A stretch of DNA of 61,317 nucleotides, filler included, from Sphacelaria rigidula (lineage: Eukaryota): NCBI GenBank assembly GCA_964200075.2. It is 6 parts of 6 records of this genome, joined end to end, with 100 filler letters (N's around TTAATTAATTAA, not from the genome) between each part and the next. Parts side by side here need not be neighbours in the genome. Positions count along the whole stretch, not along the records: positions 20,475 to 30,610 come from CAXNAA020007057.1; positions 30,711 to 40,846 come from CAXNAA020007058.1; 4 more parts are not named here. One strand, 5' to 3'. A program made the position numbers and the translations under genes. The first letter of the stretch is position 1. Each line of letters starts with the position of its first letter. The notes under the pieces are model-generated. The model searched no databases. It saw only the letters and a list, made by a program, of their open reading frames with translations, and had not been told where the DNA came from. Shown here piece after piece: positions 22,776 through 36,800 of this stretch.

Positions 22776-25700
22776 ATGGACGACCCTGACAATAGTACAG
22801 TAGAGGATTGTGCATCTGAAGTTAAAGAAGGCACGCCAAGCAAGAAAGAATATAGCAAAGAAGAGCTATGGAAATTCGTCAGGAAGCAGAAGAAACAAGC
22901 GCTACTTCTGGAGGAGCAGAACAAGTCGCTCAAAGAACAACTGGCAAACGCTGCTGGTGCTCAGGGAAGTGCGAAGCAGGGAAACCACGCTGGTAAGCGA
23001 TGGCCAGGGGCACGAGGCGGGGCGGAAGCGCGACTAAGAATTTGATTCTCGATGAATAAGTGACGATAATCGCACATCGCGTGAGCTTCCGTACTGTGGC
23101 TGACTATATCATGTCTGTACTGAGAATTGCACCACCCTTACTGACCATACTGGGTGCAAATCTGAACAACTGAAGGCACTGTCTGTATCGCATATTGCAT
23201 ACAACACATTAGCATTACAGTCAGTACGGAACAACAGTACCTTCGGTACTCCCGCTGCTTATTCTATCGACTGAGTCGTTGTCTAGACAGGATGCTGGAA
23301 AGTCGAGCTTCTGCCACTGCATGCTTGGTGGAACATTTGTTGAAACCTGAGAGCAGAAACGGGTCTGGTGCAAGCGGATGTGTCTGCGATAGCTTCGGCC
23401 TCACGCGAGCTCAGTTGTAGTGGTACAGTTCTCATGGGCAAATCGCTCGTGAAACATGCACGAGCGACCCATTTGTTTCACGAATCCCGACAACAACCGT
23501 AGTGTCTTGGTATGTTACAACCGGCAGCTTGGGGTACCACATCGTATTCATCTCTTCGCATTGTTTGGAGAGCTGGGGTCGCTGACATGCGTGATACAGA
23601 AATCCGATGGCATTTTGACTGTGGGATATAGGGGCAGTACGTTGGTGGTTTGAATGCGGGAGCGAAGCACCCATTTATCTACTATTCATGTTAGTCCTCC
23701 ATGGCTGTGTCAAGCAGTTGTAAACGATGTAGACGGTGTAGACGTGTGGATGAATATTTGACTTCATGTACCTCTGACATCAGGCTTGGCGATGCGGCTA
23801 CCAGCCGTTCAAGTTTGTTTATCAACCAACTCAAGTTGGGCGAAAGTAGGTGACGGTTGAATAAACACTTGGTTTTGGTTCAGACTACCCTATCCGGACG
23901 TGCAGGGGACTCAAGGTTTGGAGCCCTTGCACAGCATGCAGCCAATGTGTCGGGTACGCGCGTTGGCTCAGATGAATGCTCTGGGGTTCTAGGCGAACTG
24001 GCGTGAACCAGTCTCTGTATCAAGCACAGAACACGGAAGTGTTGCATCGGAAGTGGTGTAGACCTGCACCAACCAAACGCGGAGTAATTTTTCTGGGCTT
24101 CCTGGGCCTTCGGATTTTCTCAGGATAGAAGTGACGAAATGGCCCTCCAGGATGTCCGGTGTGGCACTTGGCACCTTGGAGCAAACCATCAAACCGTTCC
24201 CTATCCACCACGACTAATGGCAGAGATCTAGTCGTCGAGGAACATCGTGCTGCTGTAATGTTTTCACACCTTCACGCCAGTCCCTTTACTCCGCTCAACA
24301 TACCGCACAACATTTTCATCTTCATCGGTACACTGCGCTACTTGTTGGACCACATGTTGTAGGGACAGAATCGGGCAGCTTACTATTGCCCAAACCATAT
24401 TTTTTGTTTTTACGCGTGGATTTTCGAGTAGAGCTCGACCGAAGAAACGTTTCAGTTAAGTTTAGCTACATTTATCTGTTCAGTCTGTTGTGCTTGGTGA
24501 GGGCGCAGGGTCATTTAGAGGGGCCTTGGTTATTCGTGCAGGGCCCTATCCCACGGGCTTAACCACTCACTGTCAAATTCCTTGGGTCCGTGATCGTCGT
24601 TCCATCGTCACAGTTGGAACATACTCGACTTGTGTGCAGTATTGTGAGGTTCAGCTGATCGCCCCGATTGCTGCCATGCACGGTCGTCGTGCGCAACATG
24701 AGTTTTGCTGAAATGGTGCCGATTTGAATTCTGCCATCGCACACTTCACACTCCTCCTGCCCGAGACTTCTAGGCGTATTTTGGGTTGGAGCTGGGGTTG
24801 AGGTCAGAATTTAGAATTTATCCGGAGTAAGTCAAGCTAATGATACCACGACGACCTCGCCCCATCCTCACAATAAGCTTTTGATATTGTCATGCTTACT
24901 CAATGCTGTCATTTTCATCTAATACCCTTGTTTGAAGCACCATATTCTTGTCGCTTTTGCTGTGATTAAGTTAATATTTCAGACAAAATAATGGGTATGA
25001 CAGCATAAAAAATATACGGGCATGCGGACTCCCGCCGACTTCGGTAAGAGTTTTTGCGAGACAAAGTGAAGGAGTTATGCGTGTCAGGGGTGACCCCCTC
25101 TGCTCCATGTTTCACCTGGTGACAGGCGGAGAGGAAACATGCTCTAGACAGACACATCACCGGCCACGATTCTTTGACAGTATCTGCAGATAGTACAGAC
25201 TTTTCCAATCTGCGCGCACTGAATCGTTGCTGCCCGATGCAGCTTTAGTGACGTCCCTGCGAGAGGAAGTGGAAATGTGGAAGGCGAACGCGCAGCAGCA
25301 GATGGAAGCGGTCGCCAGCTCTCTGAGTAGTGTGCAAAGCAACGCGCAAGACAACCATGGCCATAATAGCGCCGGTTTGTGTTCCGAAAATGAGGTGCAA
25401 CAGCTACGTGACACTGCTGCCGAAGCAGAGGCGGAGATAGCTCGGTTACGGGGAAAAGCAGAGCTGGCCGAAGAGCTACAGGGTATGTGCTGGGGTTTCC
25501 CTCGATCTAGTCGCAACCATGTACATTGCGTGTGTACGGCATGCAGAGATTTTTGCGTAGTTGACATACCTCGAGGTTCCCCGCGTTTCAGCAGTAATGA
25601 CAAAACAAACCCGTCTGGTGAAGACCCGCGGAACCTCGAGTTTGAGACAAGTGTTTTTTCGGTCGCCTGATACTGCTGCATGCCCTGAATCTTTTGAAAC

Positions 25701-27031
25701 GTTGGGTCCCTCGGATCGCCTGTCATCAAGATATTTTTGCTATCAAATGTTTCACCGATCGGAAAAAAATTGTTAGAGACCCAGTCAAATCTTCCGACTC
25801 AACGGGTGGGTACGAGATATTCATTTGTTTCACCGCCGAACGGACCGGAGTTCGTTGTTGTCTCTCGCCCCGAAGCCTCACAAAGTTGCATAACCCCAAG
25901 TCTACCTCCCCAGTATCGTTACAAGAGGAAAGCTGTGGCCGCAATGCGTTACATAGTAGAATCGAGGTAAAACGCGAGAATGGGGTCGATGTGGATTTAG
26001 CAACCTACCGACCCCGTATCATGCCCCCACATCTGCCCCCTTGGCTATCCTTCCTCCTCTCGTCTTTCTCGCCTGCGAAAGGCCGGGTGTGGAGCCTGGA
26101 GGCAGAACTGCAACAGACCACAACTGACACCGTCGAGGCACGAAAACAGATCGACTCTCTCCTTCGGGACGCCGGCGCGCTGGAACACCGCCTGTTGAGC
26201 ACGCAGCAGGAGCGAGACGAAGCTGTTGCCTCCTCCGCCGCCCTCGAGGAAAAGCGCCTGGCCCTGCAACGTCGCCTACAGGTGGAAGGGACCACCGGCG
26301 TGGAAGGGCAGGGATTGGCCGCAGAGCAGACTCGTGAAGAGACGGGGGAGACGGCCGAGCTGAAGCGTCTAGTGGAGCAACTGCAGGGAGCTTTAGCTGC
26401 TGCGGACGGTGGGAGGAAAGATGGTCAGTCGGGGGTCACGGTAGATGATGGCGACGATGGTGATGGTAACGTGCTACGCCTTGTCGAACAAGAGAATGGT
26501 GACGCCCGACAAGAGCGGGACCGTGCGCGCGGAGAACTTCAGGTGCTTCAAAAAGAAACTGAGGAGCTTCGAGGGCGGGTCGCTGCGCTCGTTCGGGAGA
26601 CGGAGGCTCTCAAGGCGGGGGCAGAAGGTGCGGATGCCCGCCGCGAAGAGGAGAAGGTGACTGCCAGGCTTGAAGCGACCGCAGCTGCGGCTGAAGAGGC
26701 GGCAAAGGCTGCAGAGGCAAGAGCTTCAGCAGAAGCGACGCTAATTCAAGAAAGGAATCATTCACGAGAAGAAAGGGATGAAGCGCGGCAGCGAGTTGAA
26801 GATGGTCGGCGAGAATTTTTGGACGCTCAAAATATTGTCCGCGAGCTCAAGGCGGAGGTTGCTGGAATGGAGCGGGAAAGGCAGGAGAGGGCTGATCGGG
26901 ATGAGGAGCGTCGGGAAGAGCTCCTTGGGGCGCTTGCGGAAGCAAAGCGGCGTGTTGTATTGCAAGACGAGAAAATCGAAGGGTTAACGGTAGCTGAGGA
27001 CGAGAGAGTTGCTGAAGTCTCCAAACTTGAG
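22776..27031 (+). CDS. 5' exons of a long coiled-coil protein of unknown function (22776-22992, ~25199-25482, 26082-27031)
   Basis: E/A/R/Q-rich heptad sequence (YSKEELWKFVRKQKKQALLLEEQNKSLKEQL; LREEVEMWKANAQQQM; a 950-nt exon). Donors are GTAAG, GTATG and GTGTG, and 25482/26082 are phase-compatible. Exon 1 to exon 2 phase does not match, so an exon is missing or there is an indel. The 3' end was not found. Confidence 0.8.
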
Positions 27032-27639
27032 GTGTGTGCAAGCGCGTAGTTCACAACTGGAATCGCCTTTGCGTATTTACTATGCTCATGAGGGGTTTAA
27101 TCTTGTATGGATGAAGACGAGAGAGGCCGTGATTGTTTCTGTCTCCCAAAACTCTTCGTCGAGTGCGCTTCTTCAGAAGCGCATGCATTGTGCAGTTCAT
27201 CACAACTTGCTTTTTGTCCCTTCGCTACTGTGCACAGCGTGCAGTACGGGGCAGGGCAGAGAAACATTTCTTCTTTCTCGGAAGACAGCATATGTTTATG
27301 GTTTCCTGGACAACTGTAGGTTCACTTTCTGAAATTACGGTTGAAACTAACCCCTGGACCGTAAAAGGGTTGTCCATCTGGATCTGCACATTTTTTACCG
27401 CGGTAATCTCAGTTTTCCGCATGCCGCACGCCACGCGTACAAACGTTCTGTTAGTATTTGTGTAAGCCTTACGAAACAATTAGTTGATGTGCTGATCCCC
27501 ACCTGGAACGTCATCGCGTCCGCCGTAGCGTTCGTGTCCAACTTTTTTGGCTGAAAATTCGAATAGCTACGAACACTCGGAAGAAAACCACAAGGCTCCC
27601 TGCAAGTATACAGCGAATATTGCATTTTTTTTCTGTTCC

Positions 27640-27740
27640 GCTGACCGCCGATGATCCGGCTCGTACCAATTGAAACCTTCTTGTGCGCATGGCGGTAGGT
27701 TCGAATCCAACCAAATGCATGTTGCTGTTTTTCCGGGAAG
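27640..27740 (+). mobile_element. Degenerate tRNA-like SINE head
   Basis: B box GGTTCGAATCC at ~27697; the A box is degenerate and there is no full cloverleaf. Confidence 0.4.
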
Positions 27741-28172
27741 TACGAGACTGTACTGTGTGGGGAACTTGGAGAAAAGTTACTTGAGAAGCCACGTTTTTTG
27801 CGGGAGAGAGTGCTGATACGAATCACCATACCGAGATGAAAGGTTCACAGGGGGAGACATGAGTCGATTCCTGGGTGAGGGTTAGGAATCTGCTGAATGT
27901 ATTACCATGGAAAAGTGTTTTTTGCTTTAATCACGAGAAACACGAGGTGGGAGTAAAATTCACTCCATCTGTGATGTTTACCTTTCGACCGCGAGAGTAG
28001 GTCTTGTGCTGAATCGACATCAATTTCACTTGTAAAATGTATAAGTGATGGAGATGAGCAATTACTATATGCCTCGCGGTCTATAGGGTCAAGCCCCCCT
28101 ACCCGCTTCTCCAGGAAAACAAGAAATTCTTTTTTCCCTGGGGTCCCATTTTCCCCTTTTTCTTCACGAGCT

Positions 28173-28480
28173 GGTGTGTATGTGTGTATGTGTGTTGTCG
28201 TCCCATTTATTCTGGGCGCCAGTCTGCACGTTCCGGTATATGTGGGCACACCAGCCGACGTCACACAAGAGGAAGGCCAACAGAGGAGTTTTTTGTTTTT
28301 TGTACTACCCCACCGTCCCTCTCCGCTGACCGTTCAGTAGTAATTCGTGTACCCACGACATGGTCGCTCTCCACTGTTGGGCACGTGAGGAGAAATCTTG
28401 GATCGCTCCGAGATTCAAACCCACGACTCAATCGTCAGGAGGACCCGAGGTTACCAACTGAGCCGTCGGGGCGACCTGGT
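28173..28480 (-). mobile_element. tRNA-derived SINE, variant with a shorter middle region
   Basis: Reverse complement reads ggtcgccccgacGGCTCAGTTGGTaacc..GGTTTGAATCtcg, then the same 3' end and CA tail as 11391-11760. Confidence 0.85.
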
Positions 28481-30835
28481 TCGGGGTGAAAAATGAACAT
28501 TTACTCCCTATAGAGTTGTCACGCAGTTTTTCGAGTTTCACCCTGAAACTTTGCACACGGATGCTCCGGGGTATATAGAAACATTTTTTTCAGTATTTTT
28601 TCGTCAGTCTTTTCGCCAAGTATTCAGTGTCACGGAAGGCGGTGGGTGTAGTGAGCTCGGTGTTCAGTTTTCTTCATTTTCTCAATATACCCGTGAGTAA
28701 ATTTTTGAAGGCCGGATGTTATGGCAACATATTTTTGAATCCTCTGGTTGAAAAAATCCGCGGCAAATTCGGGGTCGGGAACGATCTTATGGTAACACAC
28801 AGATTTTCATACTACGTTGTTCTGATTAGTATATTTCCACCAGGATTTCGAATATTATGTGTGCGTATTTCAACAGCTCAAAAGTCCCGTAGGTGTCTTG
28901 TGTGTTGTGGTGTGTTGGTCACTGCCGCAAAGAGGTCATCGCCACCCCACTAACTCCAGTGCCGGTTCTGTCGAGCACATAAGTGAGCGTCCATGCTCCC
29001 CTCATTGCTGCTAAATTTGAATCATTCATCGAAGGATCGCAGAACCAGCCGCCAGACAGCGACGATGCGTATCACATGTCTCCTCTCTCGACGTCTTGCC
29101 AATGCTTTTGCCAGAAGACCGACAAGCAAGTCGTGTCGTTTTTTGTCTCGTGGGCCCCGAATCTTGGCCGCGGGTTATTTTACCCAAAATTCTGAATTGT
29201 CTCTACCCATCAGATGGGCGTAACACGAATTATTTCCAAATCTGAATATCCGCAGCCAAAAATCCCTCGCCGTAACATCCAGCCTAACTCGAGAAGCTGA
29301 CGTGAGTAACCGCTCTCGCATGTGCGTTGAAAAATAAACATGAAAGTGTAGAGGGAATCCCCCGAATTTGTGATCATTCTATGCGACTGACGTCTTCCTT
29401 GTTCGCTTTAGCTTGCATCGACCGTTTGGGATCATCGTTTCGAGTCGCGCAACGAAACTTGATGCAAACTTTCCCCGTACTACCTCGGAGCGAGTCTTTT
29501 TTTTTTACGTGGAGACAATCTGTACAGGCTCCATAACTCAGCATTCGGGGGTTTTCGTATAAGTCCAAGCCGAGTGTATAACGACTGCGCTGCACTTCGC
29601 GAACCGTAACGCGATTTTAGAACGAACCCTTGACCACTAGGCGCCACGACTTGTTTCGGTACAATATTTTCGGCTGACCGTACAGGGTCATGGCCGAAGA
29701 TACTCCCCTTAAATTTGCGAGATGCAGAGCGTCAGGGACGTGTGCCACAACAGGTCGTTGACAAACTTGGTGCTCAAATAAGTGTTTGAGATGACCACAT
29801 AAAAAAGCGGCGAAAGAACAGTCATCCGCACTGCGGCCGGGTTGTTGATTCATCGTGGCGCACGTTTTCGGCTTCATAAAAACGACCTTGAGGGCTAAAT
29901 AAAATGTGTGGGTGTTCGGGACGTACTAGGGCCTTCTATTTCCTAGAGGGGGTTCCCAGTCGCATTTTTCAGATCTCAAATGTGCTTGCGTAGGGTTCTA
30001 GTATCGTAGTATGAACCCTCGCACACACAAACGGCCGTAAGGGCACCGATACACGTGCATCCGAGGCAAATCACGACATAATGTCGGTTAATACATCGCT
30101 GGCGAGTGCTTCCGTTCGTGCTCCAACAAGCGTGAGGGAAGGGAAAAGCTGATGGCATTCAAATACCCACGCGAGAAAAGTTTTTTTTGTGATAGGTGTG
30201 CGTTTTTCATCCCGATGATGTCGCTGTTGCACATATAGTCTTGAGACGAAGAGATGGCCCAGAATATTGCAGTGTTGCGGCAAAAAAAAAGGTGTAACAC
30301 AGGTTCGGCCGCCTAAAAAGTGGACTTTCCTTCCGCCGGTTTTAACCGATGATCTATGGCGAGTTGTTCCTACTATGACACATTGTGGTAATCTGCAAAT
30401 CAGCGCGCGTCTTTAACTTCACGTAGCACTGTGAGCTGACAAGTTCCCATTAAACGAAATTCCAAACTGCAGTCAGCTGCGAAGTGTAAAGAGATGAGGC
30501 TGGCATGTGCGCTGAAATCGCATTTACGGTTACAGTCAGTTGTGCCGCCACCGCAAAGTGATGGTGCCGCACTAGTTGTGGTTGAACAACAAGGCATGTC
30601 GTACTGTAGGNNNNNNNNNNNNNNNNNNNNNNNNNNNNNNNNNNNNNNNNNNNNTTAATTAATTAANNNNNNNNNNNNNNNNNNNNNNNNNNNNNNNNNN
30701 NNNNNNNNNNGTCAACCACTAAGGCCGAAGGGGCCCCCCCCGGTTGTGAAACGGGGGACCCCTTACCCTTGGGGGTCCCCCCCCCCCCCCCCCCGCCCCG
30801 CATCCATCCATCCTGACATGAAATTGCCTGACCAG

Positions 30836-33800
30836 GTGGCGTCAGATCCACAATACCGTCTGACGGTCTTGCTAAGCTGTCAGAAAGTGCGCAGGTTGGA
30901 TCATCGGTTGGTGAACAGGTCGTCACTCGTTCGGCAATTTCACCGCGTGCTGGACGGTACGGCGCTATCGGATATTCGGGAGGCAGCGCGAAGGGGTGCG
31001 TGCGTTTTGCGTGATTGTTTGCAGAATCAACGTCGAGACAGACGCCCGTACAGAGTAACGTTTAATTTTTTCTTTGTAGCTGCCTGCAACATCCCGAGAT
31101 GTATAGTAGTCCGCGTGAAACGCATTTTGTAATCTGATTTTTATGGCGATTTTTCGCGTGCCACTTTCCATCACAGCGAACGTTTGGTCTCAAACTTTGG
31201 GAATCGGGAGATACAAGCATCCGCTTCATGATTCCAAAAGAAAACCGTTTCTGCACTCAATAGTGAACGACTTACGGGGTGACCGGTTCTCGGGGGTTCC
31301 GCGACTTCACAGCCCCAGGCTTCGACTCTTCGGTAATTTTGCTCGATTGAACCAACCCCGATCATTTTCGTGAATAAGCAAACGTAATTACCTTTTTCTC
31401 GAATTTTACCTATTTTTTGCGCTAGGGTTGACAAACTGTGTTTTTTTTCAGTCAAGTTACGGTCAATAACACCCTCCTGATAAACGAGGTCTTTGCTCCA
31501 CATCACCGCGTCATCACCTACTGCGTGGGGGTTGTGTCCTGGGCACGACCTGTTCATTTTCCCAATATGTATCGACTCTAGAATTTCGAGTGCTAAGGAA
31601 GAATCATATGCGATATATATTCTTATATATATATATATTACAAAATTCCCCCGGTTTGCATGCGGACTACTGGCATGCTAGGAAAAACATCACAGGAGAC
31701 GCAGGTGAGCCTATATCAAGTATGCCTGTATAAGGATGGAGCCGATGTGTAAGAAGTGCCTTCCCGGGTCCACAAAGTTTGCCGAAATAAAATATGTTTG
31801 TAATTCTCTTTTTTATTGAGAACGCTCATCTCCCGACGGATACAATCTGGCTTGATTTTTCAATCAAGTTTGTTTCCGTCGGAAGAGTAGACGTACGGCA
31901 CTGTACCGGAAGAAGGCATACGACACATAGGTTCCATAACCTATACAGAGGTACCCTTATTTTCACTATCGATGACCCGACATGGCAACATCGTACCCGC
32001 TGTCAAGCGGTTCGTTTACTGTCACATCCACGGCTGTCCTCAACCTGTAGTAGTTGATGCGGAGTACATTTTTCCATGAAACGGATAGGAAATTAATGGT
32101 GGAGATCAACGAATAAGAAATTACACTCTCATGAGGACTACTAACGGTTGATATGCTGCTTCCGACGGCATGTTACCATTTTACTCGTTCATCGCGAGAG
32201 GAGTTTATTGTTTTCATTGGTATGACCCAAGTATGAGACAAAGCAGCCTGCCACGAAAATACAGTCGTGGTTCCTATACACCACAGATCGGCCAGTGAGA
32301 ATAATTTTACGTCGACAACTGCATGCAGCCCCGAAATGTTCATTTTATCGTTCTGACATCCAGCTCCGATATGGTGAGGTTTAGCATCTGGGGACTCAAA
32401 AACGATCTACCCAATATGTCGGTCTGAGCTCTCGATCCTGTACTAATTCCAGTATAGAAGACGCGCGGAATTCAAATTTCCCTGCTGAGGCGACAGAATG
32501 AGGGCCTGTTTGCTCAGCCCAGATTGGATTATTTTGTTAGCGATTTCGGACTTGAGTTTATCGCTACTGCCAGCACATGTATATTCCGCTGCTATCGAAA
32601 TTACCGTAAAATACACCAGAGGTGTTCGTCTTAATCTCGTAAAGGCACGAGTTACGGTAGAAATATTCCACTTGCTGTCGAGCAAATGATCCATTCCCTG
32701 GGATATCACGGGGCGTGCGGTGAGATTCGCCGGGGTATCCCGCCATCTCAGGACGCATTCAAAGCCGTCTCGTGAGATTCGGGACGGGGCGGGACATTCT
32801 CAAGAGGTGGTGGGCGGGATCGACGGCATGTCACATCGTCCGTCAAAATGACAGATGTGATTGGACATTAAGCGAACAATTATGACCAGGGCGGACGGAA
32901 CCTTTTCTCCACCCCCCCCGAAAACAAGCGACAGACGGGAAGAGACAGGATATACCGTCCCGTTCCGTCCGTCGTGTCGAGAAAAATTTCGTCGTCTCAC
33001 AGCAGCCTCTGGTACAAAAGGTAACCAGTGTCGGAAAGTTCTGGCGGGAGACATTTCACACCCAAGAACGGTAGAAACGACCGAGTGCACCTTGCCGTGC
33101 TGAACCGCTTCAGGGTACAGAACAGAGCCATGCTACGGTACGGGTTGCATATTTGGACCCAGATCTTTTACTTTCAGGGGCTCGTAAAGCTAGGAGCTTT
33201 ACAAGGATATGGATCGGGACATTACCGCTTTCGAAATCATTCGGGATATCCCTAGCTTGCTGGAATGCTAATCGTGGCGTTGCTCTCATATATTTCATGA
33301 GTCGTTTCTTGTACGAGATAGAGAGCTCCGAACAATTCGAACGTCAAAACATATTTGGACGCCTCTACTGTAGCACGACTCGACAGCTTTGTTGAATTAC
33401 CCGATACAGTGTATTGTGAAAAATAATAATAATAAATATTCATAACATTCATAATAATCATAATAATCATAATAATCATAATAATCATAATAAGCATAAT
33501 AATCATAATAAGCATAATAATCATAATAATCATAATAATCATAATATTCATAATATTCATAATATTCATAATAATCATAATAATAGTCATAATCATAATC
33601 ATAATCATAATCATAATAAACAACAATAAATAATAATAAAAATAATCATCATAATAATAGTCATAATCATAATCATAATCATAATCATAATCATAATCAT
33701 AATCATAATCATAGTCATAATCATAATAAATATATTAATAATAATCATAACAATAGAAAGTTGTGTTGTGGCTTCACGCAGTCGTGCCCCGTTTATCTCG

Positions 33801-36800
33801 CCGGTTCATCTTGAGTTGGTTAGGGAGGAAGGGCGAGCAGACGAACTCTCAACCTTATCATTCTTTGCTACCCCCCCCCCCCCCCCCCCCAAAGAATAAT
33901 CTGGTTTCAGCCGTTGAAGGGGTGAAGGCGTAGGTAGCAAAAATAGAAAACATCGATGAGAATCGTCGACGCGGTGTGTGCGTGCCGATCCAATCCGCGA
34001 TCACACCAATCGACTGTCTAGCATGTACAGGGGGAAAGATGGGTGGATCCCTTCAGACCACGGACAATCCTCCCGTTGAAGGGAAGGGGCTGAAGGAATG
34101 ATTATGATTGCTAACAAAACAGAAGAGGAAAAAAAGCATCATGATGATGATCATCATCATCATCATCCTGCGTGTTTTCTCGCGATATTTTTTGTTTTTT
34201 GCAGCACATCTGTGTACAACGTCGTGTGTTCCCAGCAAACCGAATGAAAACCGAACCTGAGTCTATATCCCCGCGCTTTCGCATTGAGAACCACTCGCTG
34301 ATCATTCTACCCTAAAGTGGCCAAACACTACGGGGTATACGATTTCTGAACCCCCCCCTCCCCCCCGCTTGGCGCGTGCAGATTTCGGGGCGACAGTCTC
34401 TTTTTTCTCGTTTCGGTGGGTGTCTAGAGTCTATACAAAGAAAGATAACGCGTGAAAAACATCCATGATACAAGTTGTAAGTCGATGGAATTCTCTACGA
34501 GCTGGGCCAGCTGACAGTGAGTTTTGAACGAAGAGTGGAGATGCCATTGGTAATTCGAAGAGTTTGGCGCTGGAATTTAGACAGACAACATTTTGATCAT
34601 CAACCCCCGCAACCCTATTAGTGGTGCGGAGGAAAATCAAAAGCAAACAGGAAGTTAGAGTGAGTCGAAGTATTAGCAAAACCAGGAAAAATGCTCTAAC
34701 TGCTTTAAAAATCGATAAAAACGGCGACAACGCTCTCCAACACGTGCGGACACCCGCGTCAACGACATCCTGGTGCAGTTTCGGTGAAAAATATCTCAAA
34801 TCGGGCTTTGCGTCGCACTTTTCGTGTGACACGGCTGCGCCCGTTTAGGTCAAGTGATACAGGAGACTCCAATTATGGAGATCATCAGTTCGAATCCCGA
34901 CAGGTTATCTTTTTTTGTTTTGTCTCGTCCGTCGTTAAGGTCATTTATTATGCAGTACATTTTTATTTTATTTTATTTCTTCATGCAGCGGCGGTGCCGT
35001 GTGTCACCAGGTTGGTCTGCACTTCACAGTGATATGCTCAAGTCGCGCCGATTTGGAAAACTTTAGGAGTTGTGGTGTGGAAAGCGAATGCGGGATTTAC
35101 TGCTGGCCCAGCTCCCATCACGTGCAGCTGTCTCGCAGTAGATATTACCTCGCGAAACAATACCGTTAGGGTTGTAGCGTGCAGTTGGAACTAACTTCGA
35201 CGCCGTCTGACTTTGTCTTTTTCCAGACTATTTCCGAGATGTCGAGGAACAGAGGGAGCACCTGGAAGCACGGAAAGACATATTGAAGAACCACCAGAAA
35301 CAGTACGATCAAGCCTTCGAGGTATTTCGATACGTTCACTTACTGTAGGGATACAATCGCAGTCCCATCCACCACAGATTGTTTTCGAAAATGAGGTTGA
35401 ACATTGAAATGAGGATCAACGCCAAAACAATGCTTTCCCTGACCTAAAGTCATGACAAATGGCGTTCACATGAGCGACCTCATGCCCCCCGACCTCCCTT
35501 CAACTATTTCCGGGCGTTTCTCGTCTTCCATCCCCCAAAGGGTATATGCTAGAACACCATTTTGGGACTGAAAAGTGTTCCTTTTTTACCCTGAAATCGA
35601 GGGGAAAAGGTGCTTTCGCACATACCCTTTGGGGGAACGGAAGACGGGAAACCCCCAAGAATAATGTGGGGAGATCGGGGGGCATGGGTTCGTCCATATG
35701 AAAGTAATCTGTCACGGCCTCGGGTTAGGGAAAGCACAATTTCAGATGTAAACCTTATTCTAATGTCCAACCTCAGATTCGAAAATTATCTGTTGATTTC
35801 AATCACGGCCGCTTCATTACACAGTAGAATTAGCTGTTGCACGACGCTCCTCAGGACATTTGTGCGGTAATGTTAGCAGTAATGATATCAGAAAGTTACA
35901 TCTCCTATGCATCATCCAGTGCGTGTCTGAGGAATACCGGGCTCACAAGACAGTGTCTGTGAGGGAGGGTTGGTTGTGCGCTCAAACGTTGTGCGATGTA
36001 CCAAGTCATAACTGACAGCTTCGTAGTGCCACTCATCGATGAGCACACGTCCAAAACACCCCAATCGCCATCCGAATTGAAAATCGCAGGATGGCGTGTT
36101 GTGATCTTTGTCTTCAGTGTATAAGAGGTGCCTGTTTCTCGACGCCACTCGGGATACGCGTTGGAAAAACATTTGATTGCGAATCGGTGAAATCGTGTAC
36201 GCAGACCGTTCTTTACGGAGACCAAAACAAATTACACTTGCACAATTCCGAGGATTTCAGCCCGTCTACAGGCGATCTTCTCCAGTGGATTTATTTTGCG
36301 AATCTCAGTCCGTTGAGCAATGTTTCTTAGCCAGCTGTGAAAAAATCAGGACAATTCTCGCATTTTCTGAACGTTGACTTTTGGTATGTCACCGTTATTG
36401 TGCTACAGACGAGGCACTCTCGGATGTGTGTGTACAAAAAACAGATACGCGCCCCCAAATTTGTCCCTCACGCACGCATATTCGGGAGTGTCTAGATCTG
36501 AGCAGAACGTGACATACCAAAAATCAAGGTCCAGAGAGTCGAATGATTGATATGGTTTTCTTACAACTAGCCGAGAAACATTGCACAACGGACTGGGGCC
36601 CGAAAATTCAATCCCCGGGGGAGAAAATCGCCTACTGACGGACTGAAATCTTCAGGTTTTTACCCGTGCAGGCTTGTCCCTCCCCCACAAAGGATATCGA
36701 TCACCTTTCATTTTGTTTTGTGAGACTTGCAGGTACCGTAGATCAGACCCTATGCGAGCCAGCACCCTCAAAATTCTGTTGTTTGTGAAGGTAGGTTCTG

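Noticed and set aside
33252..33626. Ile/Met-rich 124-aa ORF
   Set aside because: Translation of a microsatellite.
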